Shown piece by piece: positions 36,499 to 47,132 of a stretch of DNA of 64,000 nt. Positions within the stretch are counted from its first letter, which is position 1. The number at the start of each line of letters is the position of its first letter. Below the pieces are notes generated by a model, which had not been told where the DNA came from, ran no database searches, and was given only the letters and a program-made list of their open reading frames with translations. The stretch is from an uncultured delta proteobacterium (GTDB lineage: Bacteria > Desulfobacterota > Desulfuromonadia > Geobacterales > DSM-12255). Made by a program: the position numbers and the translations under genes. Where the stretch lies: contig CAWBBV010000007.1 of assembly GCA_963787125.1 (NCBI GenBank), forward strand, positions 1 through 64,000, given 5' to 3'.

Positions 36499-37917
36499 TC
36501 AGCGTCCTTCTCGCCGCTTACGCATGTACGCCAGATATTGCTGCCCCTCTTTCAGTAGTTTCTTCCGCTCAACACTGTTCACGATCATCCTGCCGATGCT
36601 GCGGAGGATATATTTAGGCCGGAAATAGAATTTGTTGTAGAACTCCTCGACGGAATTGAAGATTTCGCTGCTGGAGAGGTCGGGATAGCTGATTGTGCAC
36701 TGCTGGTGGCCTGAACCGTCAAGGAAAGCGTCAGAGGTGATCCAGCCATTTTCGATACAGAGATCGTAGAACTCTGTCCCGGGGTAGGGCGAGGCGATCG
36801 ACGCCTGAACGGAGTTAAGGTCGAGCTGGATGGCAAATTTGATTGTTTCGGCAATGGTCTCGCGGGTCTCGCCCGGAAGTCCCATGATAAAGGCTCCATG
36901 GATCGATAGACCGAGTTTCTGACAGTCTTTGGTAAAGCGCAGTGCCTGCTGCTTGGTTATTCCTTTTTTTATATTCTTTAAAATCCCGTCATTGCCAGAT
37001 TCATAGCCGACAACAACGTGCCGTAGGCCTGCTTCACGCATGATCTGCAGTGTACCGTAATCGCAGTTTGCCCTGGCGTTTATCGTCCAGGAGATGCCGA
37101 GCGGTTTCAGCAGCCTTGCAATCTCCCGGGCGTGGGCAACATTAGCGGTGAAGGTGTCATCGTCGAAGGAGATCTCTTTGGTTTGGGGAATATTTTCGAC
37201 TATCCACTTTACCTCTTCAAAAACGTTTTGTGGCGAGCGACAGCGCATTGAACGACCGGAAAAGGTCTGTGGCCAGAGACAGTAGATGCAGCGGGACGGG
37301 CAGCCACGGCTGGAGTATATCGATACGTAGGGGTGACGGAAGTGAGGTATGATATATTCATTAACCGGCAGGTCGCGGCTGTAAACTCTGGATGCAAAGG
37401 GTAGAGCATCAAGATTGGCTATTGGCTGGCGCTCAGGAGTATGAACGATGTCAAAGCCTCTCTTGAAACTGATACCGTCAACCCGTTCCCAATCTACCCC
37501 TTCACAAAGCTCTTTTATGGAGTAGTCGAATTCACCGCGACAGATTATGTCGACCGCGCCATTAGCCTGTCTGAGTGACTCTTCCGGCAGGACCGAGACA
37601 TGCGGCCCGACCAGAACTGTCACAATATTGGTGCGTTGCGCTTTGATGGCTCTGGCAGTATCGATGTCAATGGCGAGAGTCGGTGTGGAGGTGTACATGA
37701 CAACCATGTCAAACTCTTTGGTAATTTCAAGGCAGGCGGCAAGATCAAAGCGCTGCACAGGAGCATCCACAACCTTTGAACCGGGTATCATCCCGGCAGG
37801 ATAGCAAAGCCAGGTTGGGTACCAGAAAGAGGTGACTTCGCGGGAAGCCTGGTAGCGCGCGCCGGCGCCGCCGTCAAAATCTTCAAAAGTCGGAGGGTTA
37901 AGAAATAGAGGCTTCAC
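36499..37917 (-). CDS. hpnJ: Hopanoid-associated B12-binding radical SAM protein
   Basis: LFLNPP.F..FDGGAGARYQA.RE..SFWYPTWL N-terminus; CPSRCIYC. Confidence 0.88.
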   Translation of the reverse strand: MKPLFLNPPTFEDFDGGAGARYQASREVTSFWYPTWLCYPAGMIPGSKVVDAPVQRFDLAACLEITKEFDMVVMYTSTPTLAIDIDTARAIKAQRTNIVTVLVGPHVSVLPEESLRQANGAVDIICRGEFDYSIKELCEGVDWERVDGISFKRGFDIVHTPERQPIANLDALPFASRVYSRDLPVNEYIIPHFRHPYVSIYSSRGCPSRCIYCLWPQTFSGRSMRCRSPQNVFEEVKWIVENIPQTKEISFDDDTFTANVAHAREIARLLKPLGISWTINARANCDYGTLQIMREAGLRHVVVGYESGNDGILKNIKKGITKQQALRFTKDCQKLGLSIHGAFIMGLPGETRETIAETIKFAIQLDLNSVQASIASPYPGTEFYDLCIENGWITSDAFLDGSGHQQCTISYPDLSSSEIFNSVEEFYNKFYFRPKYILRSIGRMIVNSVERKKLLKEGQQYLAYMRKRREGR

Positions 37918-38177
37918 AGCAGGTTGTCCACGCGGACAAAACGCTCTCCGGACTTCCGGTAGATCTCTTCCGGCAGGAGAGAAGCTGCAGATAGAAGTGG
38001 CTCAATCTGCTCACGGTCTGCGGATGCATAACGGATGGCCAGACCGCAGTCTGAGCTGAGGGCCCGCGGAGCAGGGATCAACAGCATGGGCAGCTTCTCT
38101 GTTTTGAGGAGTTTCTCAGCTTTCATGACCTTGTGAACCGAATTGAAAATTGCGACATAATCGCCTTCATGTACCAT
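37914..38177 (-). CDS. DUF3343 family protein
   Basis: FNSVHKVMKAEK...IPAPRALSSDCGLAIR. Confidence 0.8.
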   Translation of the reverse strand: MVHEGDYVAIFNSVHKVMKAEKLLKTEKLPMLLIPAPRALSSDCGLAIRYASADREQIEPLLSAASLLPEEIYRKSGERFVRVDNLL

Positions 38178-38240
38178 CTTGTTTCCCTGTCAGTATAAGT
38201 AGGATTGACATTGCCCTGATTAGGAGCTTACTATATTCGG

Positions 38241-38498
38241 ATGAATATGCCTGTTCTGCTCATCGGCCTGATTGCTCTGGCTATCATCGTGAATCTTCCC
38301 CTTGGCTACCTTCGTCAGGCCGTGCAAAAATTCAGCTTTGCCTGGTACTTTTATATCCATATCAGCATCCCTTTAATCATATACCTCAGAATCAAGTCAG
38401 GATACAGCTGGAAATTCATTCCTCTTACCATCGGTGGGGCTGTTATTGGCCAGATCGCCGGTGCCAGGATCAGAAGAAAGCGGGATGCTGATGGCTGA
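38241..38498 (+). CDS. Small membrane protein
   Basis: NLPLGYLR...KFS.AW...IH.SIP; hydrophobic. Confidence 0.7.
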   Translation: MNMPVLLIGLIALAIIVNLPLGYLRQAVQKFSFAWYFYIHISIPLIIYLRIKSGYSWKFIPLTIGGAVIGQIAGARIRRKRDADG

Positions 38499-38973
38499 AA
38501 AACGCCCGAAAATGAAACGGCCGCTGCCGCTGGCCTCGCTTCTGGAGTCGGTTTTTGCCGGCACGCCTGCACAGAAACGGCTCAGAGAAGCAAAAGCCTG
38601 GCAGTTCTGGAGCGAAGCGGTCGGAGATCATATCGCCAGTAAGGCCACTCCTGTTGCTTTCAGGGAGGGAACGCTGACTGTCCGGGTCTCCGGTTCTGCC
38701 TGGATGCAGCAGCTCTCCATGATGAAGCTGGATATAATCTCCCGGCTGAACTGCGCCATAGGTGAGCCGCTGGTAAACGATCTTTTCTTTAAGCAGGGGG
38801 TTATACAGCACAATTCTGATAATACCTCTGCAGCTAATGTCCAGAAACGAATTCTCTCCGACTTAGAGGTGAAGCTGCTAAAGGAGCGCACGGCCGGGAT
38901 TGCTGACCCTGAACTCCGTGATGCCTTCATTGCGCTCTTCTCATCCCAGCTTGCTGTTTCTCCCCGTAGATAG
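38491..38973 (+). CDS. dciA: DUF721/DciA-family protein
   Basis: WSEAVG.HIA....P.....GTLTVRVSGSAWMQQL. Confidence 0.8.
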   Translation: MAEKRPKMKRPLPLASLLESVFAGTPAQKRLREAKAWQFWSEAVGDHIASKATPVAFREGTLTVRVSGSAWMQQLSMMKLDIISRLNCAIGEPLVNDLFFKQGVIQHNSDNTSAANVQKRILSDLEVKLLKERTAGIADPELRDAFIALFSSQLAVSPRR

Positions 38974-39823
38974 AATCCTTTACCACGATAGGCGGCAGTA
39001 CCTCAAGCGCACTTTTTTTACCTTTCAATAGTTCCAGCATAAACATTCTTGCCGGCAGTGAAAAGTCTCCATGAACCATCTGCAGCCTTGCCGGGGAGAG
39101 TTTGAGCTGGAGTGACAAAGCGAGCAGTTCTGCAAGTCTCTCCGGATGATAGATGAAACAGATACTCCCCCCGGGTTTAACCATCTTTTTCGCTATTGAG
39201 AGAAAGTCGGCAAGTGTTGCAGTTGACTCGTGTCTGGCAATGTCGCGTCCTGCTTTTGGACTTACTTTGCCTTCTCCCGGACGTCTGTAAGGCGGATTGC
39301 CCATGACAAGGTCGAAGCTGTCGGCGCGGTACTTTTGGGGTAGATGCAAGATATCTGTCTCTACAACAGTGACCCCTCCGGAAAGATTATTGTCAACGAC
39401 ATTGCGGCGGGCGATTTCCGCCATCAGCGGCGAAACTTCCACTGCTGCAATGGTTGCCCGCGAATTTTTACGCGCCATAATCAGGGCGATGACGCCGCAG
39501 CCAGCGCCAAGATCAAGAATCTCGGCTTTTCCGCCGGGAGCAAAATCAGTTAGGAGCAGCGGGTCGAGCGAGAACCGGTAGCCGGATTTTGGCTGGATAA
39601 TTTTCAGATCGAAATCGCGGAGATAATCTACTGTCTCATCAGCACCGCATTCAGGCTGATTCTTGCGATTAACCTCATCATAAAGCGCTATCTGCTCAGC
39701 TATTGAGAGCTTCTTTTTGCAGCAGCTGTCTGACCGTAAGCAGAGCGCGCAACGGTCATCACTGCACCATTGGCAGAAGGTGCAGTCCGGGCAGGGGTGT
39801 TTTTTAAGATCAGTAGACGACAT
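38927..39823 (-). CDS. tRNA1(Val) A37 N6-methyltransferase-like protein with N-terminal Cys-rich extension
   Basis: QPKSGYRFSLDPLLL, LDLGAGCG, NPPY, ARHE; first ~55 aa hold 8 Cys. Confidence 0.82.
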   Translation of the reverse strand: MSSTDLKKHPCPDCTFCQWCSDDRCALCLRSDSCCKKKLSIAEQIALYDEVNRKNQPECGADETVDYLRDFDLKIIQPKSGYRFSLDPLLLTDFAPGGKAEILDLGAGCGVIALIMARKNSRATIAAVEVSPLMAEIARRNVVDNNLSGGVTVVETDILHLPQKYRADSFDLVMGNPPYRRPGEGKVSPKAGRDIARHESTATLADFLSIAKKMVKPGGSICFIYHPERLAELLALSLQLKLSPARLQMVHGDFSLPARMFMLELLKGKKSALEVLPPIVVKDSIYGEKQQAGMRRAQ

Positions 39824-40598
39824 TTCGCTTCGGAGCGGTACCGGCAAGAACAGCGGCAAAACTTTTCCCCTGGTCAACATTTATCAGCAGGTAGCGTGGC
39901 AGCTTCATGACATTATCTGCAGCGGTAGCATGGCGCCGCTCAATGGTGAAGGTGCCCGTATACCCGGCGGCTGCCGCCCTTTTGAGAAGATCATCATCGT
40001 AAATGCCGAACGGCCAGGCCAGCAGATCAACAGTAACCCCGAGCTCTTTGTTGATTTTATCTTTAGCTTTTAACAGCTGACTTGATACCAGCTTGTCAAA
40101 ATCGGCTGGCTTGAGTTTTTTACGTTCCCTCTTGAAATTAGGGTGCCAGTAGGTATGTGACTGGAAATCAAAGAGGCCGCTTTGCTTGAGCTCCCGCAGT
40201 TGATCCCAGGTCATGGCGTATTTTGCATTGGATACGGCTGACGGGTAGATGAAGATTGTCACCGGCACATTGTATTTTTTTGCCAGGGGGTACATATCAG
40301 AATAGACTGTTTTGTGGGCATCATCTTCGACAATCACCACCGACTTTGGCGCCGGGGCCGGGCCTTTTTTCTGATACCAGTCAACAAGCTTGCGCAGCGG
40401 GATAACTTTATAGCCGTTATCCCTGAGATATTTGAGATGTTCCTCGAATACCGAAGTTTTGATTGTCATGCCGTCTGCCACGGTTGGACCGAAACGGTGA
40501 TACAGCAGTATCGGTACATTTACGTCTGCTTGGGCTGCGTGGGAGTCAGGGGTGATAAAGAAAAAAAACAAAAACAGAAGAATCGCGCGGTTGAACAT
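39810..40598 (-). CDS. Exported polysaccharide deacetylase
   Basis: VPILLYH, EDDAH, QSHTYWH, AWPFG; signal peptide. Confidence 0.88.
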   Translation of the reverse strand: MFNRAILLFLFFFFITPDSHAAQADVNVPILLYHRFGPTVADGMTIKTSVFEEHLKYLRDNGYKVIPLRKLVDWYQKKGPAPAPKSVVIVEDDAHKTVYSDMYPLAKKYNVPVTIFIYPSAVSNAKYAMTWDQLRELKQSGLFDFQSHTYWHPNFKRERKKLKPADFDKLVSSQLLKAKDKINKELGVTVDLLAWPFGIYDDDLLKRAAAAGYTGTFTIERRHATAADNVMKLPRYLLINVDQGKSFAAVLAGTAPKRNVVY

Positions 40599-40681
40599 CT
40601 ACAGTAAAACCTCCTTAAAAAGCAGTTACAATCAAGACTGCCGTTTGTTTGCCGGTTGATGGGTTATATTTATGAAAGGGG

Positions 40682-41452
40682 TTACCTGAACACAATAAAC
40701 ATCTTGGTTATAAAGAAGTCTGACACGAGGATGAAGACCGATGCCAGGACCACTGTCCGCTTGACAGCGACACCGACACCTTCTGCGCCTCCAGAGACTC
40801 TGAGCCCGACGTGACAGGCGATCATAACGATAAGAAAGCCGAAAAAGGCGGGTTTGGCAAGCCCTTCGATGAGATCCTGAAACTTCATGAATTGCGGCAA
40901 CGATTTCCAGTACATCAGCGGACTGATATGATAGCCGGAGGCGATGATGTAGCCTCCTGAAATCGCAATGGTATCAGTCACAACCGCCAATAGCGGCATG
41001 GCAATCAGCATCGCTTTGAGTCGGGTCGTCACGAGTCTCTTGACGATATCTGTGCCTTCAACCCGCATCGCATCTACCTGTTCAGTTACAATCATTGTGC
41101 CCAGCTCTGCTGTGATGGCAGAGCCGACCCGGCCGGCTACCATAAGGGATGAAAGTACCGGCCCAAGTTCTTTGATCATCGTTACTGCCACCATTCCGCC
41201 GACATAGCTGGTGGCAGCAAACGGTTTGAGCTGGATCAGCGCCTGCAGAGCCATGACCATGCCGGTGAATAGCCCTGTCAGGCAGACTATGAAGAGGGAG
41301 CCGACGCCGATTTTGTCCAGCTGGGTGATAAACTCACGGTAGTAAAGCGGACGTGAAAATATGTTGGCAATAGCCTTGATTGCCAGTTTGGCAACGGCCT
41401 GAAGTTCGGCCAGGAAGAAAAGAATTTTCTGTTCGGTATATCGTATCGGCAT
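40682..41452 (-). CDS. MlaE-family ABC permease
   Basis: KELGPV, AGRVGSAITAELGTM.VTEQVDAM. Confidence 0.9.
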   Translation of the reverse strand: MPIRYTEQKILFFLAELQAVAKLAIKAIANIFSRPLYYREFITQLDKIGVGSLFIVCLTGLFTGMVMALQALIQLKPFAATSYVGGMVAVTMIKELGPVLSSLMVAGRVGSAITAELGTMIVTEQVDAMRVEGTDIVKRLVTTRLKAMLIAMPLLAVVTDTIAISGGYIIASGYHISPLMYWKSLPQFMKFQDLIEGLAKPAFFGFLIVMIACHVGLRVSGGAEGVGVAVKRTVVLASVFILVSDFFITKMFIVFR

Positions 41453-41462
41453 GGTCTCTTCC

Positions 41463-43775
41463 CTACTGTAACGCTTCAGAGAGGACTTGACCAAGCTCTT
41501 TTACGAAAATAAATGTCAGTGATTTGTGAATCTCTGCAGGGATATCATCCAGATCATTGATGTTCCTTGCCGGAATGATCAATTTAGTCACACCGGCACG
41601 CCGAGCTGCCAGCACTTTTTCTTTTAATCCACCTATGGCCAGGATGCGCCCGGTCAGACTGATCTCGCCGGTCATGGCGGTGTCACGGCGGGCCGGGCGG
41701 CCCGTCAGGAGCGACACCAGGGCAGTTGCCATGGTGATGCCGGCGGAAGGGCCGTCTTTGGGGATGCTTCCGGCCGGCACATGGATATGGATGGTGGTCT
41801 CCTCAAAGGCGTCTTCCGGAATTCCCAATGCCGCCCGGTTTGCCTGGGCATAGGAGAGCGCCGTCCGGGCAGACTCCTTCATGACGTCACCGAGGGAGCC
41901 GGTAAGGATCAGTTCACCCTTGCCTTTCATTCGGGTCGCTTCCACAAAGATAATATCGCCGCCGGTTTCCGTCCAGGCCATGCCGGTTACGACCCCTATC
42001 CGGTCATGTTCAGCAGCAACTTCATTAAAAAATTTCGGGTGACCAAGAAACTCCTCCACCAGTTCAGCAGTTATCGGAGTTCTGAGCGGTTTCCCCTGAG
42101 TGATTTCCTTGGCAAGTTTGCGACAGACTGAGCCGATGGTACGTTGCAGATTGCGTACTCCGGCTTCGCGGGTATAGTCGCTGATAATTCGCTTCAGGGC
42201 GGGGAATTCAAAAGTCGGGGGGGTGCTGAGGAGGCCGTTTTCCTCGATCTCCCTGGGGATGAGGTAGCGATTGGCGATATGTTCCTTCTCCTCGCTGGTA
42301 TAGCCGGAAAGGGTCAAAATCTCCATTCTGTCTTTCAGCGCAGCAGGTACCGGGTCGAGTTGATTGGCGGTAGTGATGAACATGACATTGCGCAGGTCAA
42401 AAGGGACATCCATGTAGTGATCGGTGAAAGTGTTGTTTTGCTCCGGATCGAGCACTTCCAAAAGAGCGCTGGCAGGGTCGCCGCGGAAGTCCACTCCGAT
42501 TTTGTCTACTTCGTCGAGCATGAACACCGGATTATTGGCGCCGCAGCGGTAAATCTCCTGAATGATTCTTCCCGGCAGGGAGCCGATATAGGTGCGTCGA
42601 TGGCCGCGGATCTCCGCTTCATCCCGCATGCCGCCAAGGGAGATGCGGATGAACTTACGGCCGAGAGCCTTGGCAATGGAACGGCCGAGACTTGTTTTAC
42701 CTACCCCCGGGGGGCCGACAAAGCAGAGGATCGGTCCCTTCATGTTCTCTTTCAGGGTGCGCACCGCCAGATATTCGAGGATTCGCTCTTTTACTTTCGT
42801 CAAGTTGTAATGGTCATCATTGAGAATCTGTTCTGCCTGAAGAATGTCACGGTTATCCAGTGTGCTTACCAGCCAGGGCATGCCGGTAAGATAGTCAAGA
42901 TAGGTTCTGGCAACCGTATGCTCAGGCGAAGCAGGGTTGATCCGCTCCAGACGTTTCAGTTCCTTTTCGGCAATGGCTCGCACTTCATCAGGCATAGCTG
43001 TCGTTGCCAGTTTTTTCTTCAGTTCGTTCAGGTCAGTATCTGACTGCTCTTCATCGCCAAGCTCTTCCTTGATCTGCTTCATCTGCTCCCGGAGAATGTA
43101 CTCTTTCTGGGTCTTCCCCATCCGCTTGGAAACTTCGGCCTGCACCTCACCCTTTATCTGGAGGCGTTGTACTTCACTGGTGAGACTGGTGTAGACCTTC
43201 TTGATCCTCTCTATCGGGTCGATCGTTTCCAGAATCTCCTGCTGCTCATCCAGAGAGAGGTTTATGTAGATGGCCACCAGATCGGAGAGCCTTGCCGGGT
43301 TGTCGATGTAGTTGATCATTTTCATGACGTCATCAGGCAGAGGACGGCCATAAGAGAGGGATATTTTTAAAAGCGCCGAGAGGCTTGAAACCAGGGCGTC
43401 GGAAACGATGGTTTTTTCGACAAATTCACTGATTGCTTCGATCCGGACCAGGGGGAAAGGACTTTCTGTAACTACTTCCAGAAGCTTTATTCTGGAGATA
43501 CCTTCAAGAGTCACTTTTGTGGTCTCATCCTCAAGGCGGGTAATTTTGGTGACGCGGCAGATAGTCCCGATATCATGAATCGATTCGGCAATGGCCTCAC
43601 CACCTTCCCGTCTGGTCTTGAAGAGGGCGATCAGGTTATTGTAGTTGCCTGTCGCCTCGAACAGCGGCAGTTCCCATCCTTTCAGGAAGATGGTGAAGAG
43701 CATGTACGGGAAAACAACCATCTCCCGCAGTTGGTACAATGGAACCGTTTCTGGAATATGAGTATTATCGGGCAT
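41463..43775 (-). CDS. lon: ATP-dependent protease La (paralogue 1)
   Basis: [30 protein letters not shown]. Confidence 0.96.
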   Translation of the reverse strand: MPDNTHIPETVPLYQLREMVVFPYMLFTIFLKGWELPLFEATGNYNNLIALFKTRREGGEAIAESIHDIGTICRVTKITRLEDETTKVTLEGISRIKLLEVVTESPFPLVRIEAISEFVEKTIVSDALVSSLSALLKISLSYGRPLPDDVMKMINYIDNPARLSDLVAIYINLSLDEQQEILETIDPIERIKKVYTSLTSEVQRLQIKGEVQAEVSKRMGKTQKEYILREQMKQIKEELGDEEQSDTDLNELKKKLATTAMPDEVRAIAEKELKRLERINPASPEHTVARTYLDYLTGMPWLVSTLDNRDILQAEQILNDDHYNLTKVKERILEYLAVRTLKENMKGPILCFVGPPGVGKTSLGRSIAKALGRKFIRISLGGMRDEAEIRGHRRTYIGSLPGRIIQEIYRCGANNPVFMLDEVDKIGVDFRGDPASALLEVLDPEQNNTFTDHYMDVPFDLRNVMFITTANQLDPVPAALKDRMEILTLSGYTSEEKEHIANRYLIPREIEENGLLSTPPTFEFPALKRIISDYTREAGVRNLQRTIGSVCRKLAKEITQGKPLRTPITAELVEEFLGHPKFFNEVAAEHDRIGVVTGMAWTETGGDIIFVEATRMKGKGELILTGSLGDVMKESARTALSYAQANRAALGIPEDAFEETTIHIHVPAGSIPKDGPSAGITMATALVSLLTGRPARRDTAMTGEISLTGRILAIGGLKEKVLAARRAGVTKLIIPARNINDLDDIPAEIHKSLTFIFVKELGQVLSEALQ

Positions 43776-43853
43776 AGTGAGCCTTGGTGTTTAATGGAAA
43801 ATTATTAAGCTTGTTGTGCTTCCTGTTAAGAGTAACTACTCAAGGGGAAGGTG

Positions 43854-45782
43854 TCAAGGAGGGGAGGCGATGTTGCGTTGCAACTCCTCCCACTCTTCAT
43901 AGCGCAGCGCCAGTTGTGCTTCGGTTGTAGAGTGTTCACCGGCAAGCTTTTGCAGAGTGGCATAGTCGCCGGCTAATTCCGGGTCGGCAAGATTGCTTTC
44001 TATGTTTTTCAGCTCAGTCTCGGTTATTTCGATAATTGCTTCCAGTTCCTGCAATCGCCTTTGCTGGGCGCGCTCCTCTTTTTGCCGCTGTTTATCATCT
44101 TCGCGCTGTTTTTGCCGTTCGTCTTTTGATACTGGAGGCTGGAGTCCGGGGGCAGTGACGTGCGTAGGGGAATTGCTGACCGTCCCCTCCTTTTTGGCAA
44201 GGTAGTACTCATAATCGCCGTGATAGGAGGTTAGGGCCCCGGCTTCGACCTCAACAACGCGGGTTGCCAGTCCGTCGATAAAGTGGCGATCGTGGGAAAC
44301 GAAGACAACCGTGCCGGGAAAAGTGCGGAGGGCATCAAGGAGCATCTCCTTGCTGAAGAGGTCGAGGTGGTTGGTCGGCTCGTCCATGAGGAGGAGATTG
44401 GAGGGCCGCAGAAGCATTTTGGCAAGGGCAAGGCGGTTGCGCTCGCCGCCGGAAAGGACATTGACCTTTTTGTAGATATCATCGCCACAAAAAAGGAAAG
44501 CACCGAGCAGATCACGCAGCCGTGGTACCATGTCGTAGGGGGCGTCAGTGTAAAGCTCGTCATAGGCACTCTTTGTGCCGTGGAGTGCCTCAGCCTGATC
44601 CTGGGCAAAGTAGTCGATGACGACGTTGTGGCCGTCAAGCCTGCTGCCACCCTGGAACTCTCCGCCGCTGAGAATTTTCATCAGGGTGGACTTTCCCGCG
44701 CCGTTATGACCGACCAGGGCGATCTTGTCACCTTTTTCGACGGTCAGTGAGATTTGATCGAGAACTTTATGGGCGCCGTAACTCTTAGTTATGCCGACCA
44801 GTTCCATCACCACCCGGCCGCTTTTCGGCGGGTCGGGAAAGTTGAAATGAATCTTTTTCCGCTCCGGCGGTATGACGATTCTTTCAATCTTCTCCAGCAT
44901 CTTGATCCGCGACTGGACCAGGGAAGCCTTATCCGCCTTGTAGCGGAAGCGTCTGATGAAGTCTTCCAGTTTTTCCACCTCATCATCCTGGCGGCGCTTT
45001 GCCTCCCTGAGAGCGTAGACCCGCTCTTCTCTCTGGAGAAGGTAGCCGGAATAGTTGCAATGGTAGTCGCTGATTGTATGGTTCCAGACTTCGGCGATGC
45101 GGCTGCAGACTTTGTCGAGAAAGAAGCGGTCGTGGGAGACAAGCATTACGGAGAACGGGTAGTTGCAAAGGTACTCCTCCAGCCAGTTTCTCGCCTCGAT
45201 GTCAAGATGGTTGGTCGGTTCATCAAGAAGCAGGACGTTAGGCCTTTGCAAAAGGAGCTTGGCAAGGGCAATCCGCATCTGCCAGCCGCCTGAAAATGTG
45301 CCGCAGTCCCGGTCCCATTGCTCCGGAAGAAAGCCGAGACCGGTCAATACCATGCCGACATCGGCCTCTTTACTGTAGCCACCCTTGACCCGGAACTCTT
45401 CCTGCAACTGGCCGAAACGGTCAAGCGCGGCTTCATGGCGCGGTCCTTTGTGGTCAATGGTTTCAAGTTCGGTCGTCAGAGCCAGAAGCTCTTCCTCCAT
45501 GGACTGAAGTTCTTTGAGTGCGGAGAGAGCCTCTTCAAAGAGGCTTTTGCCGCGGGAGACGATCCCGTCCTGAGGCAGATAGCCAACTGTCGCCCCTTTG
45601 GCAAACTGGAGTTCACCGGAAGAAAGCTCTACCTGCCCGGCGATGATCCGCATGACGGTTGATTTTCCGGCGCCGTTCTCGCCGACCAGTCCGACTCTTT
45701 CACCTTTTTTGAGGTGCCAGGAGATGTCGGTGAAAAGAGGTTTGCCGGCAAACTCTTTTGTGACGTTTTTTAGGTGGAGCAT
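43854..45782 (-). CDS. ABC-F family ATP-binding protein
   Basis: Two ABC domains (GENGAGKS/SGGWQMR/DEPTNHLD; GHNGAGKS/LSGGE), no TM, C-terminal coiled coil. Confidence 0.93.
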   Translation of the reverse strand: MLHLKNVTKEFAGKPLFTDISWHLKKGERVGLVGENGAGKSTVMRIIAGQVELSSGELQFAKGATVGYLPQDGIVSRGKSLFEEALSALKELQSMEEELLALTTELETIDHKGPRHEAALDRFGQLQEEFRVKGGYSKEADVGMVLTGLGFLPEQWDRDCGTFSGGWQMRIALAKLLLQRPNVLLLDEPTNHLDIEARNWLEEYLCNYPFSVMLVSHDRFFLDKVCSRIAEVWNHTISDYHCNYSGYLLQREERVYALREAKRRQDDEVEKLEDFIRRFRYKADKASLVQSRIKMLEKIERIVIPPERKKIHFNFPDPPKSGRVVMELVGITKSYGAHKVLDQISLTVEKGDKIALVGHNGAGKSTLMKILSGGEFQGGSRLDGHNVVIDYFAQDQAEALHGTKSAYDELYTDAPYDMVPRLRDLLGAFLFCGDDIYKKVNVLSGGERNRLALAKMLLRPSNLLLMDEPTNHLDLFSKEMLLDALRTFPGTVVFVSHDRHFIDGLATRVVEVEAGALTSYHGDYEYYLAKKEGTVSNSPTHVTAPGLQPPVSKDERQKQREDDKQRQKEERAQQRRLQELEAIIEITETELKNIESNLADPELAGDYATLQKLAGEHSTTEAQLALRYEEWEELQRNIASPP

Positions 45783-45990
45783 GACCTGCCTTTGTGGTTC
45801 AGTGATGCTGTTGTTTACGTAAATCTGCTTCCATTCTATGGAAACAGCGGTGGTAAAGTCAATTTTCATCGATGCTTAAACTGATAATAAACGCTTTTGA
45901 ATGTGCAAGTCTTGAGAATTCTGTTATAGTTCCAGAGTTTTAGACTAAAGTTATTCTCTTTAACCCTGTTTTTTCGAAGGAGAGCAGCTG

Positions 45991-47049
45991 ATGCCGCCGA
46001 AAGAGTCTGAAGATAATTCAGTACCGAACTTGACCCCTCACGATACCCGCTATCTTTTTGTGCTGCCGTTTTCCACTGACAGGGAGCTGGCGCGGCGCTT
46101 TCTCGTCAGCGAGCGGGAGATTGTCGGCAATATCCGTTTCGGTAAACTGCTGGAGACTCTGGACAAGGTTGCTGAAAATACGGCCCTGGCTTACGTGCAC
46201 CGTTTCTATCCCACGGCAAGGGTTGTAACTGCAGCTATTGATAGTGTCATTGTCCGTAACCCGGCAGATACAATGAATGACCTCATTTTCTCCGCCCAGA
46301 TTAATCATGTCGGCAGGTCTTCCCTTGAGGTTGGCATCCGGGTTGAACATCTCGGGACAAGGTCGTGCCACGTTGCCAGTTGCTATTTTACCATGGTTGC
46401 CCGTTCAACGGACTGCGTTGAGGCCAAGAGCCTGTCGCTACCGCCACTTGACTACAAAGCTCCTCAGGAAGAGGCCAGATACAACAAGGCGAATGCCCGC
46501 CGTCAGGAGTACCGTGACAGTCTGGTCAAGGCTGAGGAGATGCCCTCACTGGACGAGTATCTTTTTTTGAAGAGTCTGCATAAGGAGCAGGAAAACTCTG
46601 CCTTCAAGGGGATTTTTGTCAGGGATCTTCTCCTTGAATCTCACTGCCGGGCATATCCGGATCAGGAGAATGTTCCGCGGACAATATTTGGCGGCTACCT
46701 GATGAGAAGGTCGTATGAAATAGCCGCCCTGGCCGCAGAGATGATAGCGCCCGGCAGGGTTATCCCCTGCCGGGTGAACCGGATTAATTTCAATCAACCG
46801 GTGCTGCTGGGCGACCAGCTGAAATTCAGTGCCAGAGTTGTTTATACCGGCAAGACAACAATCTCGGTACAGTCAGACATAGAGAGGTTCAATCGCGGTG
46901 CCGGGGAAAAGGCGCTTTCCAACTCCTGCCTGTTTACTTTCAGGAATGTTGACAGTGACATGACGCCGCAACAGGTACCTTTCATCTACCCAACCACCTA
47001 TGCTGAGGATGCCAGGTTTCTTAATGCCTATCGTCAGCGGATTGACTGA
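45991..47049 (+). CDS. Double hot-dog acyl-CoA thioesterase
   Basis: GKLLETLD, VVTAAID, GRSSLEVG, IFGGYLM. Confidence 0.85.
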   Translation: MPPKESEDNSVPNLTPHDTRYLFVLPFSTDRELARRFLVSEREIVGNIRFGKLLETLDKVAENTALAYVHRFYPTARVVTAAIDSVIVRNPADTMNDLIFSAQINHVGRSSLEVGIRVEHLGTRSCHVASCYFTMVARSTDCVEAKSLSLPPLDYKAPQEEARYNKANARRQEYRDSLVKAEEMPSLDEYLFLKSLHKEQENSAFKGIFVRDLLLESHCRAYPDQENVPRTIFGGYLMRRSYEIAALAAEMIAPGRVIPCRVNRINFNQPVLLGDQLKFSARVVYTGKTTISVQSDIERFNRGAGEKALSNSCLFTFRNVDSDMTPQQVPFIYPTTYAEDARFLNAYRQRID

Positions 47050-47132
47050 CACAATTTAACAAAGCTGCAGAATAGAAGCTGCGGCGTCCTGCAGTCAGGC
47101 AAACTGGCGCAGGTTGAAAAGGATCAGAGTAA

